This document shows positions 25,522-37,612 of a DNA stretch of 64,000 nt, in pieces. This DNA is from Botryllus schlosseri (Eukaryota): contig CM119371.1 in the NCBI GenBank assembly GCA_051294905.1, forward strand, positions 29,204,001 to 29,268,000, read 5' to 3'. Every line of letters starts with the position of its first letter. The stretch's first letter is position 1. Both the position numbers and the translations under genes were made by a program. Under the pieces are notes generated by a model that made no database searches, had not been told where the DNA came from, and saw nothing but the letters and a program-made list of their open reading frames with translations.

Positions 25522-27349
25522 GATATATTCTACTTCGTCGAAAATAGCATGACACAGGGAGCCGATTGAAGATAATTTGTCTTGAAGATATATCGATTGC
25601 GGTACTGTAATATCGGGAAATCCTGGTCGGAATATCGCGGAAATCACGATGGCGGTTCGGACATGTTTGGCTTTCATCATCTGCTTCGCATCTCCACCGA
25701 CCAAGCACTCTCTCCGTCTGCTGTATTGTCTTACGCATTACGTATATAATGCTGATCGCCTAGTATTGTATGAACGTATATTTGCATTCATTTAACTTGT
25801 CTTGGATGAGAATTTTTCGAATTGCAAATAGTTACAATATACTTCCGTAAACGGGGTCACTTTCATTATTAGAGTTTTGGCGGAAAGCACTTAGGTAAAG
25901 TTGAGTTAACATGAGCTGCGAGTACTCCAAAATTAAAAGAAATTTAGGTGGGCGGCTCACCCTGACGAATATGAGGATTTTATAGAGAAGTCAGTCTGTT
26001 CTCTCGCATTCTAAGTAGTACCCCGGCGTTCAATCTCTTGAACCGCAGGTTTCTAAGTAAGCATTTTCATGTCTGTCTCCTGCTTTGCGCAGCGTAATAC
26101 TTTATCACCTATTTGCTCTGGACCAAGGGTTCCTACCTCGGGGTCGCGATGCGCATGGAGTCGCATGGCTATTTTCTGGAGGTCGCGGAGATGAAAATGA
26201 AATAGCAACTACTGTTATGCAAATTGACCGGATGCCATCGACGGCCCATGTCTGAATATTTTGGTACCATTTGTTTTAACAATAGACGACTTTTAAGGAA
26301 TGCCAACCCGGCAAACAAGTTGTCAGATCAGTCGAAGCGTCAGTTTGAAGCGCCACTTACTATAACGTAAGAATGGTGTCCGGTCACAATTATGAAGATT
26401 AAAGGGTCGGGTACATAGAAATCAATAGGACAGGGATATCTCTGTGACGACCTTTACTACACTGAGTAACCAAGGCTTTTATTAACTGAAAACGATCACT
26501 ATACGCAATACAACTTGGCCACCAACTAAGGTACCAAGAAACGACAAATTAAGAGCGACACGGTATTTAGAGGAAAAGATAGGTAATCAAGTAATAAATG
26601 GTTAACTAAATGTAAAGGACGAGACAATCGAAGACAAGAATTCACCACAATCTCTTTACAGGAAAACTGCGAGTGAGCCGTTAGTGCTGCGTGTTAACAG
26701 TATACATACGCACACGTTCGACTCGGCCGAATAACTTAAAATATATCGTTATCTGTACTTTCCGTGACAGAAGAGTTCATGGAGAACTATATATTTTACT
26801 GCTTAGATTGGATATATATTGACCTATATATATATATAAATAGATACTGATAAGAACGTTTGAATCCGTTTGACCTCAAGAATTTCGTAGCTCTAAACGA
26901 CGCTTCGGTTTCTCTTTGGATGTTTTAACCGGCCCGGTGAAAAAGACCGCTGTTTGCGTGAAGCTGCTGTCACGGTGGTTTTCCGACTGTATCTATGATA
27001 ACGTCACACATGACTGCCTCGCATCATGAGGGGCGAGGGCAAGTGTCGTAGCACATGCTCAGTCTTTCCGTAGTCGCCGCATTGTAAACAGGTTCCTTGG
27101 TCGTTCCTGGTTCTAACTGTCATTATTGTGATCTCATATTTAGAGTATTTGCCAGCGTAATTTTTAACGTTATGTTATAGTCTGGATTGGCTGATGATCG
27201 TCATTCTGTAATACACACAACGGGGATTTACTGTGTCTGGACTTAGCAGTCAGTTATTAATACTCCGAAATCAGACATACTCGCAGCGAATACTCCAGCC
27301 CAACTCGCCGCGGAGTTGTATCAGTTCTTGTGAAGGATCGATTGCGTCG

Positions 27350-27962
27350 TCCCACGGGACAGCTGCCTTAAACTCGCGGGCTTTTTCCGCGCGCAGTGCG
27401 GTGCCGGGTGGATAGTTAGCATGGTAGCTTTTGTGACACGTAGCGAAATGTCTCTCCACATTGTACCGCTTCGCTAATGCTACAGTTGCTCCGCAAATGA
27501 AACTCGCACAGGATCTTCTCACGGTGGTACGAAACTATACATCCCATTCGACGTGAAAATGATATGGTTTCTTTTTTTTTCAGACATTTTTTTGAGTAAC
27601 TCGTTTCCTCATATTTGCTGCGTCGCTGAAGTTGGCTTGTTTGTAAGAGCGTAACGAACGCTTCATTTTGGTCATGCGCACAATACTGACACAGCAAATA
27701 TATTAGGTCAGAGTTCAATATTTATATCAAACAAAAAGCACTTTACATTTCAAGTGTTTATATATATGTATTGTAATTTGCAAGCTACGTGTAAGTGTGA
27801 TTTAAATAATAATAGCTTAATAAATAAATCTATATAAACAAAATGTAACTGGTAAGCGATGCTATCTAAGCTATTTTAGAACAGACCAGTCAGCGTCAGC
27901 GACTCATCTGGTCGTTATGGGCGACGCCGTTGGTTCCCGCAGGCACCGCGTTGTTTATTCCA
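27350..27962 (-). mobile_element. hAT Charlie/SPIN-like transposon 5' remnant (GTF2IRD2-type transposase N-terminus)
   Basis: ICGATVALAKRYNVERHFATCHKSYHANYPPGTALRAEKAREFK matches the C-x2-C...K-x-YN-x2-RH-x4-H zinc domain of Charlie/SPIN transposases; frameshifted and truncated; degenerate terminus near 27960. Confidence 0.75.
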
Positions 27963-29526
27963 GGTGTACGTTTTTAGCTATGCTGTTGGGAAATTCTAAA
28001 AGTGCAAATTTTAGTAACCGACGGGAATGTAAAAAATCCTTCGAAATCGGCATCATCTGAAACGCAACTCGGAACATCTATCTAGAAAGGAGAAAGATGA
28101 TGATGCTCACAAATAGCGGGAGTATTTCGTCCGTTACGACTGCCCGCTGGAGTGCAGTCGTACGCTATATAAGTAATCGAAATGCGGCCGTGAAGACCCC
28201 CGCTAAATATCATCAATGATTGATCCGTGTTAAGTAGGGTAACAGCAGGCAGCACTGACTCATGCCAATTATACAGACGTTGTGAATTTTGTTATGCATG
28301 GAATCATAAAATCTCACACCATGTCATTCATTGAATCAAATGCCGGTCAATGGATCACAGTGAGGCTGTTAAAACCGTCGCAGGTTTTGCTATTGATCAC
28401 TCAAATTCCAATTCACTTTCTCAGTCATACTCATTTGTGTACCGTAACGTTGTAAATTTACAAGTTTGTGGACACTAATTACTTCTAATTGGCTGTTCTA
28501 ATATATTATTGAGTCTGCTCAGAATTTGCTGGAGAGTTCAGAGACGCCGTTAGCCAGTGTAGCTACTGCGTTAGTTTTGCATTTAAAACAAAAATCATTT
28601 TATAACAAGCATGTTCGCCTTGCCTATTTAGGTTTTTGCTCTTTACGCATGCTCACCTACATACTACACTACCGTGGTCCGCGCGAGTGCACGCACATGG
28701 AATGCTAGAAATGTGGTTTGAAGAAATACGGAATCACGGCAGACTGCGTTGCATAGAGCAGCAACAATTGCTTGACGCGTCCACGTTTTCCTAATTGTTG
28801 TCGATAACTATATCATACTGCGTCACGGAGGGATTTGCAAATCGCCCCCTCTCAAGGTGATTGCATATTAAGCATTGACCACACGACTCAAAAGATTCGC
28901 AGGGTATCCATCATGGCCAATTTTTTTGATACATCGCCCTCGCCATGTTCACTCTTCACGAGAGCACAATATTGGAATTTCTAACTATCGGTATTGAGTG
29001 GATAACTGATTTGTTATAGTGAGGTTGCGGCACAAACAAAATGATCGGCCCGCGACGCCACGATCACGAAGTCCGAGTAAATAGCTTGAATAGTGCGAGT
29101 GCTATAACATCGCACTACGTGTCAGCACTTAAATCATGGCGCACTTGACGAATCTCATCTAGTGAATTTTGTCCAATCATAACGTCACATGACTCTTGAA
29201 CAGCGACGTCACAGTCGATTGACATTGTCGAATGGTTTTTCGGATATTACAATTGAAAATATAGGGACAGTAATACTCCTTTGACGAAAAAGGTTCTCCC
29301 ACGCTGTCTCACGCACCAAAGAATATCTTTGATCAGACCTATCTCATCATGTAGCGCAGAGGTCGGTAACCTTCAGCATACAATAAGCCATTTGAACTCA
29401 TTTCCGATCACATGAAAACAACTGAGACGCAAACTCTATTTCTTTCATTCAAGCCAGCTTCATTGCACTTATGCTAGACTAGACCTTACTCTCCTACAAG
29501 CGACCTGATATTCTATATGTTGAAGC

Positions 29527-30286
29527 CAGGGTTGCCAGATTGGCCCTTTTTAGAGGCAGTTGGCCCCCAAATAATAATTTGGCCCCTTGGCCCTTTATTT
29601 TCAATTTTTGGCTCTTTTTGGAAGCAGTTGAGACATACCGTCAAACTAAGTATTCAAATAAATCTGTCTCGCAAATTGAGCTGACAATGTTTATGCCAAT
29701 GTCAAAGATTCGAGTGGAAACACTGTAGAGGATTTGGATTTATTTTTGTAGAATGTTAGAATTGTAAATACAGATTTGTGAACAGGTGGACGAAAAAGCA
29801 TCGAACATGGCTGGAAGCTATATAGCAGAAAAAGTCCGAAGAAGAGCACCCTTATAGTACTTAACGATTGATAAAAATTTCAAAGAAAAAATTCAACATA
29901 ACCGTAGAGTTTTTTGGTGAAAAACCTAAAAATTAGGTATATAAGTTGGATAAGTTTCAAATGTAAAGAAACTATTCTCTCAATGTTTATTTAAAATTCA
30001 TAAAATTTAATCACTCTCATATTATAGCACAAAAAGTTTCATTTTACGATTTTATATTCAGTCGGAAAAGGCTTGAAATAATGAAGCAGTTATTGTAGTT
30101 GGATCCAGTGTAGTTGCAGGTAGTGGATTTGGTGTCCTACAACAGTATAAACAATATAAAACTGGAGTTCCAGGTGTCTATGGGTAATGTTGCAACGTTA
30201 TTGACGTTATTGAACAATTTGGCCCTTTTTGGCCCCTTTTGCGGCGCTGTTTGGCTCTTTTTCGCAAAAGATGTCTGGCAACCCTG
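29527..30286. mobile_element. hAT-like MITE (cagggttgccaga TIR)
   Basis: TIRs cagggttgccaga...tctggcaaccctg; perfect TSD gttgaagc. Confidence 0.9.
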
Positions 30287-30379
30287 GTTGAAGCCCACGA
30301 AGCAGCACTACCACAGCTTACCGCTAGGCCAATATTGTCGACGCTATTGGAAGACAGATCGTGTATCATGAATGGTTAT

Positions 30380-32250
30380 GCGATTTACCATTTGGTAAAA
30401 TGCCACGAATTGTCCTGCACAAGTGCCCCGAGCATTTTTGTTATCCAGCAAGAAAGCCAGCATAACTTATGAAACTTGGGTGATCAAATTAGCGCTTGAC
30501 AATACCCCTATCTGATTCCAGCTTGCAGGTATATGGTGGAATTGCGGCGGTAACGGTACTGGCAAAACTGAGAACTGTAGAAATCATGTATTTGTTTGAC
30601 TGTGAGCAAAAGTTTGACAAGATATTCAGTTGAACTGCAACATACTGGATTTTCCGACAAAATTAGCAGAATATCGCAGCTCTGATGCAGTCGTTGACGG
30701 GAACGGAATTGTTTGGCGTCACAAGCACCGTTACATTGATACAGGTCGTACTGCTCTACATTGCCGTATCTCATTCTCAATCAACGTATTTGGCACATAG
30801 ATAGGGTGCCAGCGTAACGACACCGTACCTATGGACGATGCGGATACGTGTATTTCCGGTGCTCTCATGATCTCAGCGATATATTTTCGGAGCCATCGGG
30901 ACAGTATATGTATTAGCAACACTGCACGCCCCAAAAAGAAGTGATTGCGTCACAATTACCTGTAAAATACAATGTCATAAACAAAGTTGAGATTGTGCAC
31001 GTTCAACTATATTTAAAACAAAATAGCGTTACTGAGACAAGAAATATCACTAAAGAGAAAAATTATTCAATAAGATTTTTCATTGAATTACACATTTATT
31101 CGTATTTAAAGGAAACGACAATGCGCTCAGGCTATTCTCGATGAAATACTCCTGCAATTGCGAATGTCGCTATTGTTGTTGGTATGATATAATAGTGTTT
31201 GGCAGTAGTGGCCTTGTGCAACAAATCGGTTCTATTGATATAGCTCAATTAAATATCTCTTCCGATGAGCAGAACAACTTCAATTGATGGGGCATTTGTG
31301 GCGGTTTAGTCAAAATGTGTTCCATGGAAAATGATTGGTATACTGTCCCGTTTCTGCACATTTCGGAAGCTCTCATTTGGGTATGAGTTTCGGAGAAATT
31401 TAATTTGGTACACGATAGTCATCATCATCATCATCATCCAAATCTGAACAATGAAATGATGACTTAGATTTTCATAAACCTGAAATCGACCATCAGTATA
31501 ACGAGCAGCTTAGAATGGGAACAGTGTGTGTATGTAATAGACGCCTGAGTCTATCAAATTATCAATGATACATAGTAATTTGGTCGTGCTCTAGTAGCCT
31601 GTCGATAAGGATTAGGCAGATGACCGACAACTAGGTTACTGAGAGGATACAAGCATTCGTTCCGAGTATAGTCCCTCACCACCCAACAATCTAATAAGGA
31701 ATTCCATCCATTGTGCGTTTGGCACAAATTCCACACAATCTAATTCGTTAATTTTGTTGTGATATCATAAAACCGGAAGACAACCACAGTCCATATCTTT
31801 TTCTCTCCGCAATATAGCAAGTACTACTGCTTGGAAGCTTTGGATTGGAACCCCAGTACCCCGATCTAATATCATTCTGTCTGCCTCATGCGTTGTATTC
31901 TCTTCTCACGAACTTGCGGTAACGTAAAGGCTTGTTCAATATTTTCCAAATGACATCAACACAATGCAACAATAATATATACACGGGATATGAACATATG
32001 GATATAGCCGGGATCAGAAAGTGAATCGGGCGAACATTTTCTTACAACTATGAAGTTAAGATACGGATTTATGATGAGCCGCATTGAGCAAAGGGTTGGA
32101 GCAAGCCGAGAGTTGCATATCGTTCTCTGCCTATACGCAACTGCATACGGGATACAATTGGACCAGTATAAACCATAGCAAGCCTTAGCCTGCTTAAGGC
32201 ATTTCTTGTCGATCACGGACCTTCACTGCCACTTCATTTCAGCATAATTC
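30380..32250 (-). mobile_element. Possible highly degraded L1/Tx1-like LINE fragments
   Basis: VSLRWHPIYVPNTLIENEIRQ..AGIR..PSFISYAGF..GHL (about 30400-30830) resembles Tx1-type ORF1; 31956-32216 has a weak C..HMF ORF2 C-terminal-like pattern. Confidence 0.3.
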
Positions 32251-32979
32251 AGATGCTACCCTGACGTCAGGAAACGTAAAACAATCGGCCATTGTAGCAT
32301 AGCTGATTTCCTGTCTCGATATTGGATGGAAACCTATACTATATAGCGAGAAATAATATGAAATTATCAAACACGTTTTGTCTAGTCTAGTGATATGGTT
32401 TGAGTTGCCAAGTTTTGTACACGCATTAATAGTAGATTGATCAATAGTCATCGTGATATTTGCGATAAGGGGTGGGGTGGGGGGGGGGGGGGGGGGGGTA
32501 TTGGTAATGTTATGCAATTTGCTCGTGTCAGTGTCGAAGTATATCGATTACACTAGAATTCGGCACCTGTCGGGTCCGAGCTTCGAATATCACAATTCAC
32601 GCTCATATTCAGGGAAACGTTCGATTTCGAATTTATTAATACAATACTGATGCATTGCTTTCAAAAGAATATTAGTTTTTACATTTGTAATGCCGACAAC
32701 GAGAGTGAAACTAAGAAGAAAGAGCCAGGCAGCACTGTTGCGTTACAATGCCAAACTCGATCGCAATGCAAATTTCGACGCTGATTTTGGGGGTTCCAGG
32801 ACCACGAGCAGAATAAAATTTATATTTTCGGAATCAGTACCGCGGTAGCTTTTGATTGATAACTGTTTGATCAAATTTCGCACTCGGCAAGCCGGCCAAA
32901 ATTACCGTCAGCCTTTGGCCAAATGGAAAGTGTGACGTAGACCAATTTCACTGAGCCGTGAGATTTGCTATGTCCACAC

Positions 32980-34219
32980 AAGTAGTCGAGAAAGCTACTA
33001 AGGTAGAAGTAGAAGTAGCGACGAAAAAATCTAGCCAAGTACGAGTAGAAGTACTTCTTCCATAAGCCACCTGAAACTACTTGAAGTAGAAGTAGAATTG
33101 ACTGACTTTAAATCTACTCAAGTAAGTAAGTAGTTTTGAAAACAGTCTTAATTCGTTCGCATGGACTGTCAAAAGCTGCAAATTGAGCTATACTGAAGGT
33201 GCAGAGAGCTTGATTCGTATTGATGCATCTCAGGAGGCGGCGCAGGAGGTATCAATTTTCGACAGAATAAGCATTCTGTCGCATCATGGGATGCAAATTA
33301 TAGTATTGATATGAAAATACGATATTAACGCTGTGTTTACTAGAAGACCCCGTTTTAGAAAATATTATGGCATGACGCTCTACGCCTCTATTCCATATTA
33401 TAAGGCCCCAAGTTTAGGCGAAGAGCAATACGAAAAAGTTGTATCGTATACGGTTTCAACACTCTGGGCGATTAGTATACGTTAATAACAAATATTGTGG
33501 ATCGTACAATTTAGTGTAACTACACTTGCTTTTATGCTTCAACATGGATGTTCTGCAGACAAAAGAACTCAAAGTATGATACTCCGAGTATCGTACTCGG
33601 ATTTGAAAGTAAAATAGAAATACCACTTCTAAAAAGCGGAAAATTTATTTCATATCTTTTGTTTATAAAGCTTTAAAGGTGATCTGCTAAATCAGGTGTA
33701 ACGTTCCAAATAGTTGGATTTTCCAGATTAGCAGGACACGTCATGGGCAGCTAGATAACGATAGGATCGGTAATGGCTAGTTTCAAACGTTATGGCCGGC
33801 CATATTTACTGTGATGAAATATTTGATATGGGCGACAATGCGGTGTGAACGGAACCAAGCAATCCGGTACCTAAATTATATTCACTGATACTTTCTTGAA
33901 AACATATATGTCACTCCATAACAACTGTGCGCGAAGCGCAACACAATTTCTGGGCTTTACTTGACTTTTATGAATATTAAATGTTGGTATTCCGTGAAAA
34001 CAGGCCCGAAATTCCTCAGGCTATCTTTCGTATTGGGGATTAAACTACTTCTACTTGACAAAATGAAAATAGCCAAAAGTAAGTAAGTGGATCACAAAAT
34101 ATTACGAAGTAGAAGTAGAAGTAGAGAAAATCAGATCTACTTGAGTTAGTATCAGAAGTAGAGGAAAACTACTCGAGTACTTCCAAAAAGTAAAAGTACT
34201 TCGTTACTGACCACCTCTG
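32980..34219. mobile_element. Non-autonomous DNA element with gtagaa/agtaagta subterminal motifs; degraded relatives in the duplicated unit (about 7090-7630, 18730-19260, 56220-56740)
   Basis: Right terminus gtacttcgttactgaccacctctg; internal tactcaagtaagtaagtagtt..tgattcgt..caggagg..taggcgaagagcaa shared with the unit copies. Confidence 0.7.
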
Positions 34220-34634
34220 CCTATTTGTGAAATATTTTTTTGCTCTGATTCGAAGCTAATTTGTGATAGCAACTGTATCTCTAGAATTGTAATTCTACTC
34301 CTATTCGTGAAATGTTTCTCTGCTCTGATTTGAATCTAATTTGTGATTACAGTCGTGTAGCTATAATTCTAATTTTACTCCTATTAGTGAAATGTTTCTT
34401 CGCTCTAATTAGAATCTAATTTATGATAACTTTGTAGCTGTAATTCTTAATTTTATTCGAAAAAGCTTAAATTTTTCATTTGTGCAAGCTAGAAATTCAC
34501 ACATTTTCGATTCCAAGTGAATGTTGTGTATACATTTTTCGTTGCAATAAAATATCTTTTGAGCCTATGCTGAGTAAAAATTCCTGGATGGCTGGTATTA
34601 ATTTTGAGATCTGCACCAGTCAGCATGAACATAC

Positions 34635-36637
34635 CAGTGATGAGCATCGGAGCGGAGTCGGAGTGGATTCGGAGCGGAGTTTTGCCAATTTTGTGACAGT
34701 CGGAGTTTACGACAGATATTTTTTCGGAGTATTGTAACTTTTGTCTCCGATATCTTTGGATAGGTCTGACCAGAATACACTATTGATTACACTGGTCAAC
34801 ACATATTTTTAGGCAGACAATGTAAGAGTGGTTGTGGTGGTTCTGAAGGGCACTGATTCCGAATATGACCTTAATTTTTTCAAATTATCTCTTGTTGTGG
34901 AGATAACCCATGGGGCTATTTTGACCAAAATCTCCCATTTTCGCGGTAATGACTAGATATAAAATCGGCTCAGTCGGACTATGAAGTTTAGAAATTCAGT
35001 CTACTTGTTATTTTTACACACATAAGACTCTTTGAAATCAAAATACAGCAACAGCACTATATTTAGGGGTATTAGGTAGACTTTCACGGATATCATGTAC
35101 ATAAATTAGCTCTAGTACTGTCTATAAGTATTGACCTGGATACTCAAATAACGTGGCATTAATTCAATCAGTTTTACGTCAACCAACTATTGCAAATTTG
35201 AAATAATCAGTTGGAATGTAATATTAATAAATTACTTGAAAGCACAATGGTTTTTGTACGATTTTCGCGTTTAAGCTGTTTTGGGCAGTATCTCGAAAGG
35301 TTTCCGCAATGGTCTGCCATAATATGTTCAATTTTTCATCTCATCTGCCCTGATATCTTTCTTTTGTAGTTTTGATGTCTTGGTAGAACCTCTACCCATG
35401 CTAATCAACAAGATGATCAGGAAATATATCAAGATGACTGAACAGGAAGTAAACTTTTATGCTCATGTTTGTGCTCAAGTTTTCGATATGAAGATACGAA
35501 TTTTCGGACCAAGTGTTTGTAGTTGGGTGCTTTGTGATCATCTAAAAGGTTTTATTTACTACATCTTAGGAGAAATTACACGCAGTGAACTCCTTCCTAA
35601 TGTGAAATTGGAATATTTCATCGGTATTCGAATATACCAGATACCAGATTTAAGCTTCTCGTTTGATAGGGTTACTAGGTATACCCACTTTGTTGACTCG
35701 GCCGAAAATTATCCATTTATCAGTCAAAAGAAATGAGACGCATCATATGAGTATTGTAGTTAAGCTTTTCAAGGACAAATTTTATAGCTTTATACTCCTC
35801 TTTAATCATGGTAGAATGACCAATTGATACAGGAGAATATGTCTTTCCGTACAATTTTTAGGCTTCACAAACTGGTTTTTTGACAAACAAATATTTCGCA
35901 TCATGTCATGTTAATATTGATAGAATGACTGAGAACGACATGAGGGTTCTTCATGGTCAATCCTCTATTTACGCGCAGCATAAAATTAGAAAAAAAACAC
36001 GATTTTCTTTCTACCAAGTGAAATATTTAAGGGTAAATACAGTAATTTGGGGCTTTTCAGGGGTATAAATATCTCCTGACAAAGAGCCAATCTGACAAAA
36101 CTAATGTGATATTCGTAATCAGCAACCTCAAAAACCCCAGAAACGGCTCTCAGATGTTGTGCCGAAATTTTTTTTTCTTCATTTTGTTGACCAGTGTTAT
36201 GATTACAAACCAAAACACAGACAGTTGACACCTTGTAAAGTTGTAATATGACGGGTAACATGCAAAAATGATTGCCAAGTGCATAAAAATCAGCCATCTG
36301 CACTGCAATTGGGGACTGGAGAGTAGACAAAACTATAAGGCCAACCATATTATCACATTTATTTAGTAAAACACATTACCAAGCGTACCATGCTTGCCAC
36401 TCTGATGATATGGTTAAAATGGTATGATTGACCACGAGCTATTTTAACCTAGTGATATAGCAAGGCATTTTCGTTGAGCATTGTCTGTAGTTAATTATGT
36501 TTCGGATACTTGACGAGATTCATCGGAGTATCTCGGAGTCTGGGATTGAGCTCTTCGGAGTCGGAGGGAGTTTTACTCAGACACTAAAGTTGTCGGAGGG
36601 ATCCGGAGTCTCGAAAAGCACTATCCGCTCATCACTG
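34635..36637. mobile_element. hAT-like MITE with cggag motifs, containing a nested Chapaev3-like element
   Basis: TIRs cagtgatgagc...gctcatcactg; perfect TSD gaacatac. Confidence 0.9.
34790..36196 (-). mobile_element. Chapaev3-like (CMC) DNA transposon deletion derivative with transposase remnant
   Basis: TIRs cactggtcaaca...tgttgaccagtg with a 3-bp TTA TSD; the minus strand at about 35300-35500 reads NMSIKVYFLFSHLDIFPDHL..HG*RFYQDIKT..RRYQGR..MADHC, matching the NMSxKxHFLHSHLDxFP..GERFHQDI..RYQG motif. Confidence 0.75.
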
Positions 36638-37612
36638 GAACATACCACCACTGAACACAGGATAGCCAGGCACACATCGGCTCTAACATGTTGTGTGGTA
36701 GTTAGAAAAAAAACGGATTTGCGTGTACTTTTGCGTTCCTCTGCACGCATTCAAATTAGAGTGTAGAGTGCAGTGTCCCTTTGAAAGAGGATCAATAACT
36801 GAAAAAGGCTGGGAAGCACTGTATTACGTGATCACATCTCTATCTTGACATGATCTCGAAGAGTATTTTTTAGAAAAGTGGTAACAAAGTTGTTCTGTTA
36901 CGCCTTTCTCTTTGAAAGTAATATATAAACTGGCAAACGATATGCTTAGACTATCACATTTTCCGTGTTATTCCAGGTGCAAATATGTGCGTATGCGGAT
37001 CGAAAATCAGTTTCTACTCTACAATGGAATTTACGTGTAGTGAATATTCAAGGATACAATCACTTCCGCTTATTACGCGATGATAGCCAATGAGTAATTC
37101 AACGAGCATCATTAAAAATATAGGTACCACCCAATGTTTTGTTAATATCTTTTTAAGTAATTTGAATGTGCTCAGTTTCATCGAATGACATTTATGGAAA
37201 TGTGGTTGATAATGATACCCAACGTGTAAACAAACGAGCGCCACTAAAATGACAACACGCCGTGTCATTTTTGTACCATTTTCCATTTTGTTTGAAAGTA
37301 ATTGCTTCCTTGTACTCGTCAAAATACCAGCTCTGCTGATATCAATGGGATGACTTCCTGCAAATTATAATGTAAACACCAATGCAGCTAATCGTCACGG
37401 CAAACGTACTGAAAATTGATGGTTGCTAGTAAAAACGCAATTTGTAATAAATTAGTTAACACGCTACTAAGAAAAGGCATTTGCGTGTGCAGCTCAGTTG
37501 AAGTTGGTCGCATTATATTCTGCAGCTACACATATCTGTCCACCATCATTTATCTTGTGGTATACACGTCATCAAGGCGGTTGATATTGATTATATCAAA
37601 TTGCTGCTGAAA

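Larger units (their letters stand above)
17413..25600 (+). repeat. Segmental duplication unit, copy 2
   Basis: Collinear with copies 1 and 3; visibly closer to copy 3. Confidence 0.95.

Noticed and set aside
26441..26768. Solo LTR (tgtgacg...cgtgaca), with a similar end near 53560
   Set aside because: No TSD, PBS or internal retroelement sequence found.
35380..35736. 118-aa + strand ORF as a gene
   Set aside because: Antisense to the Chapaev3-like transposase remnant.
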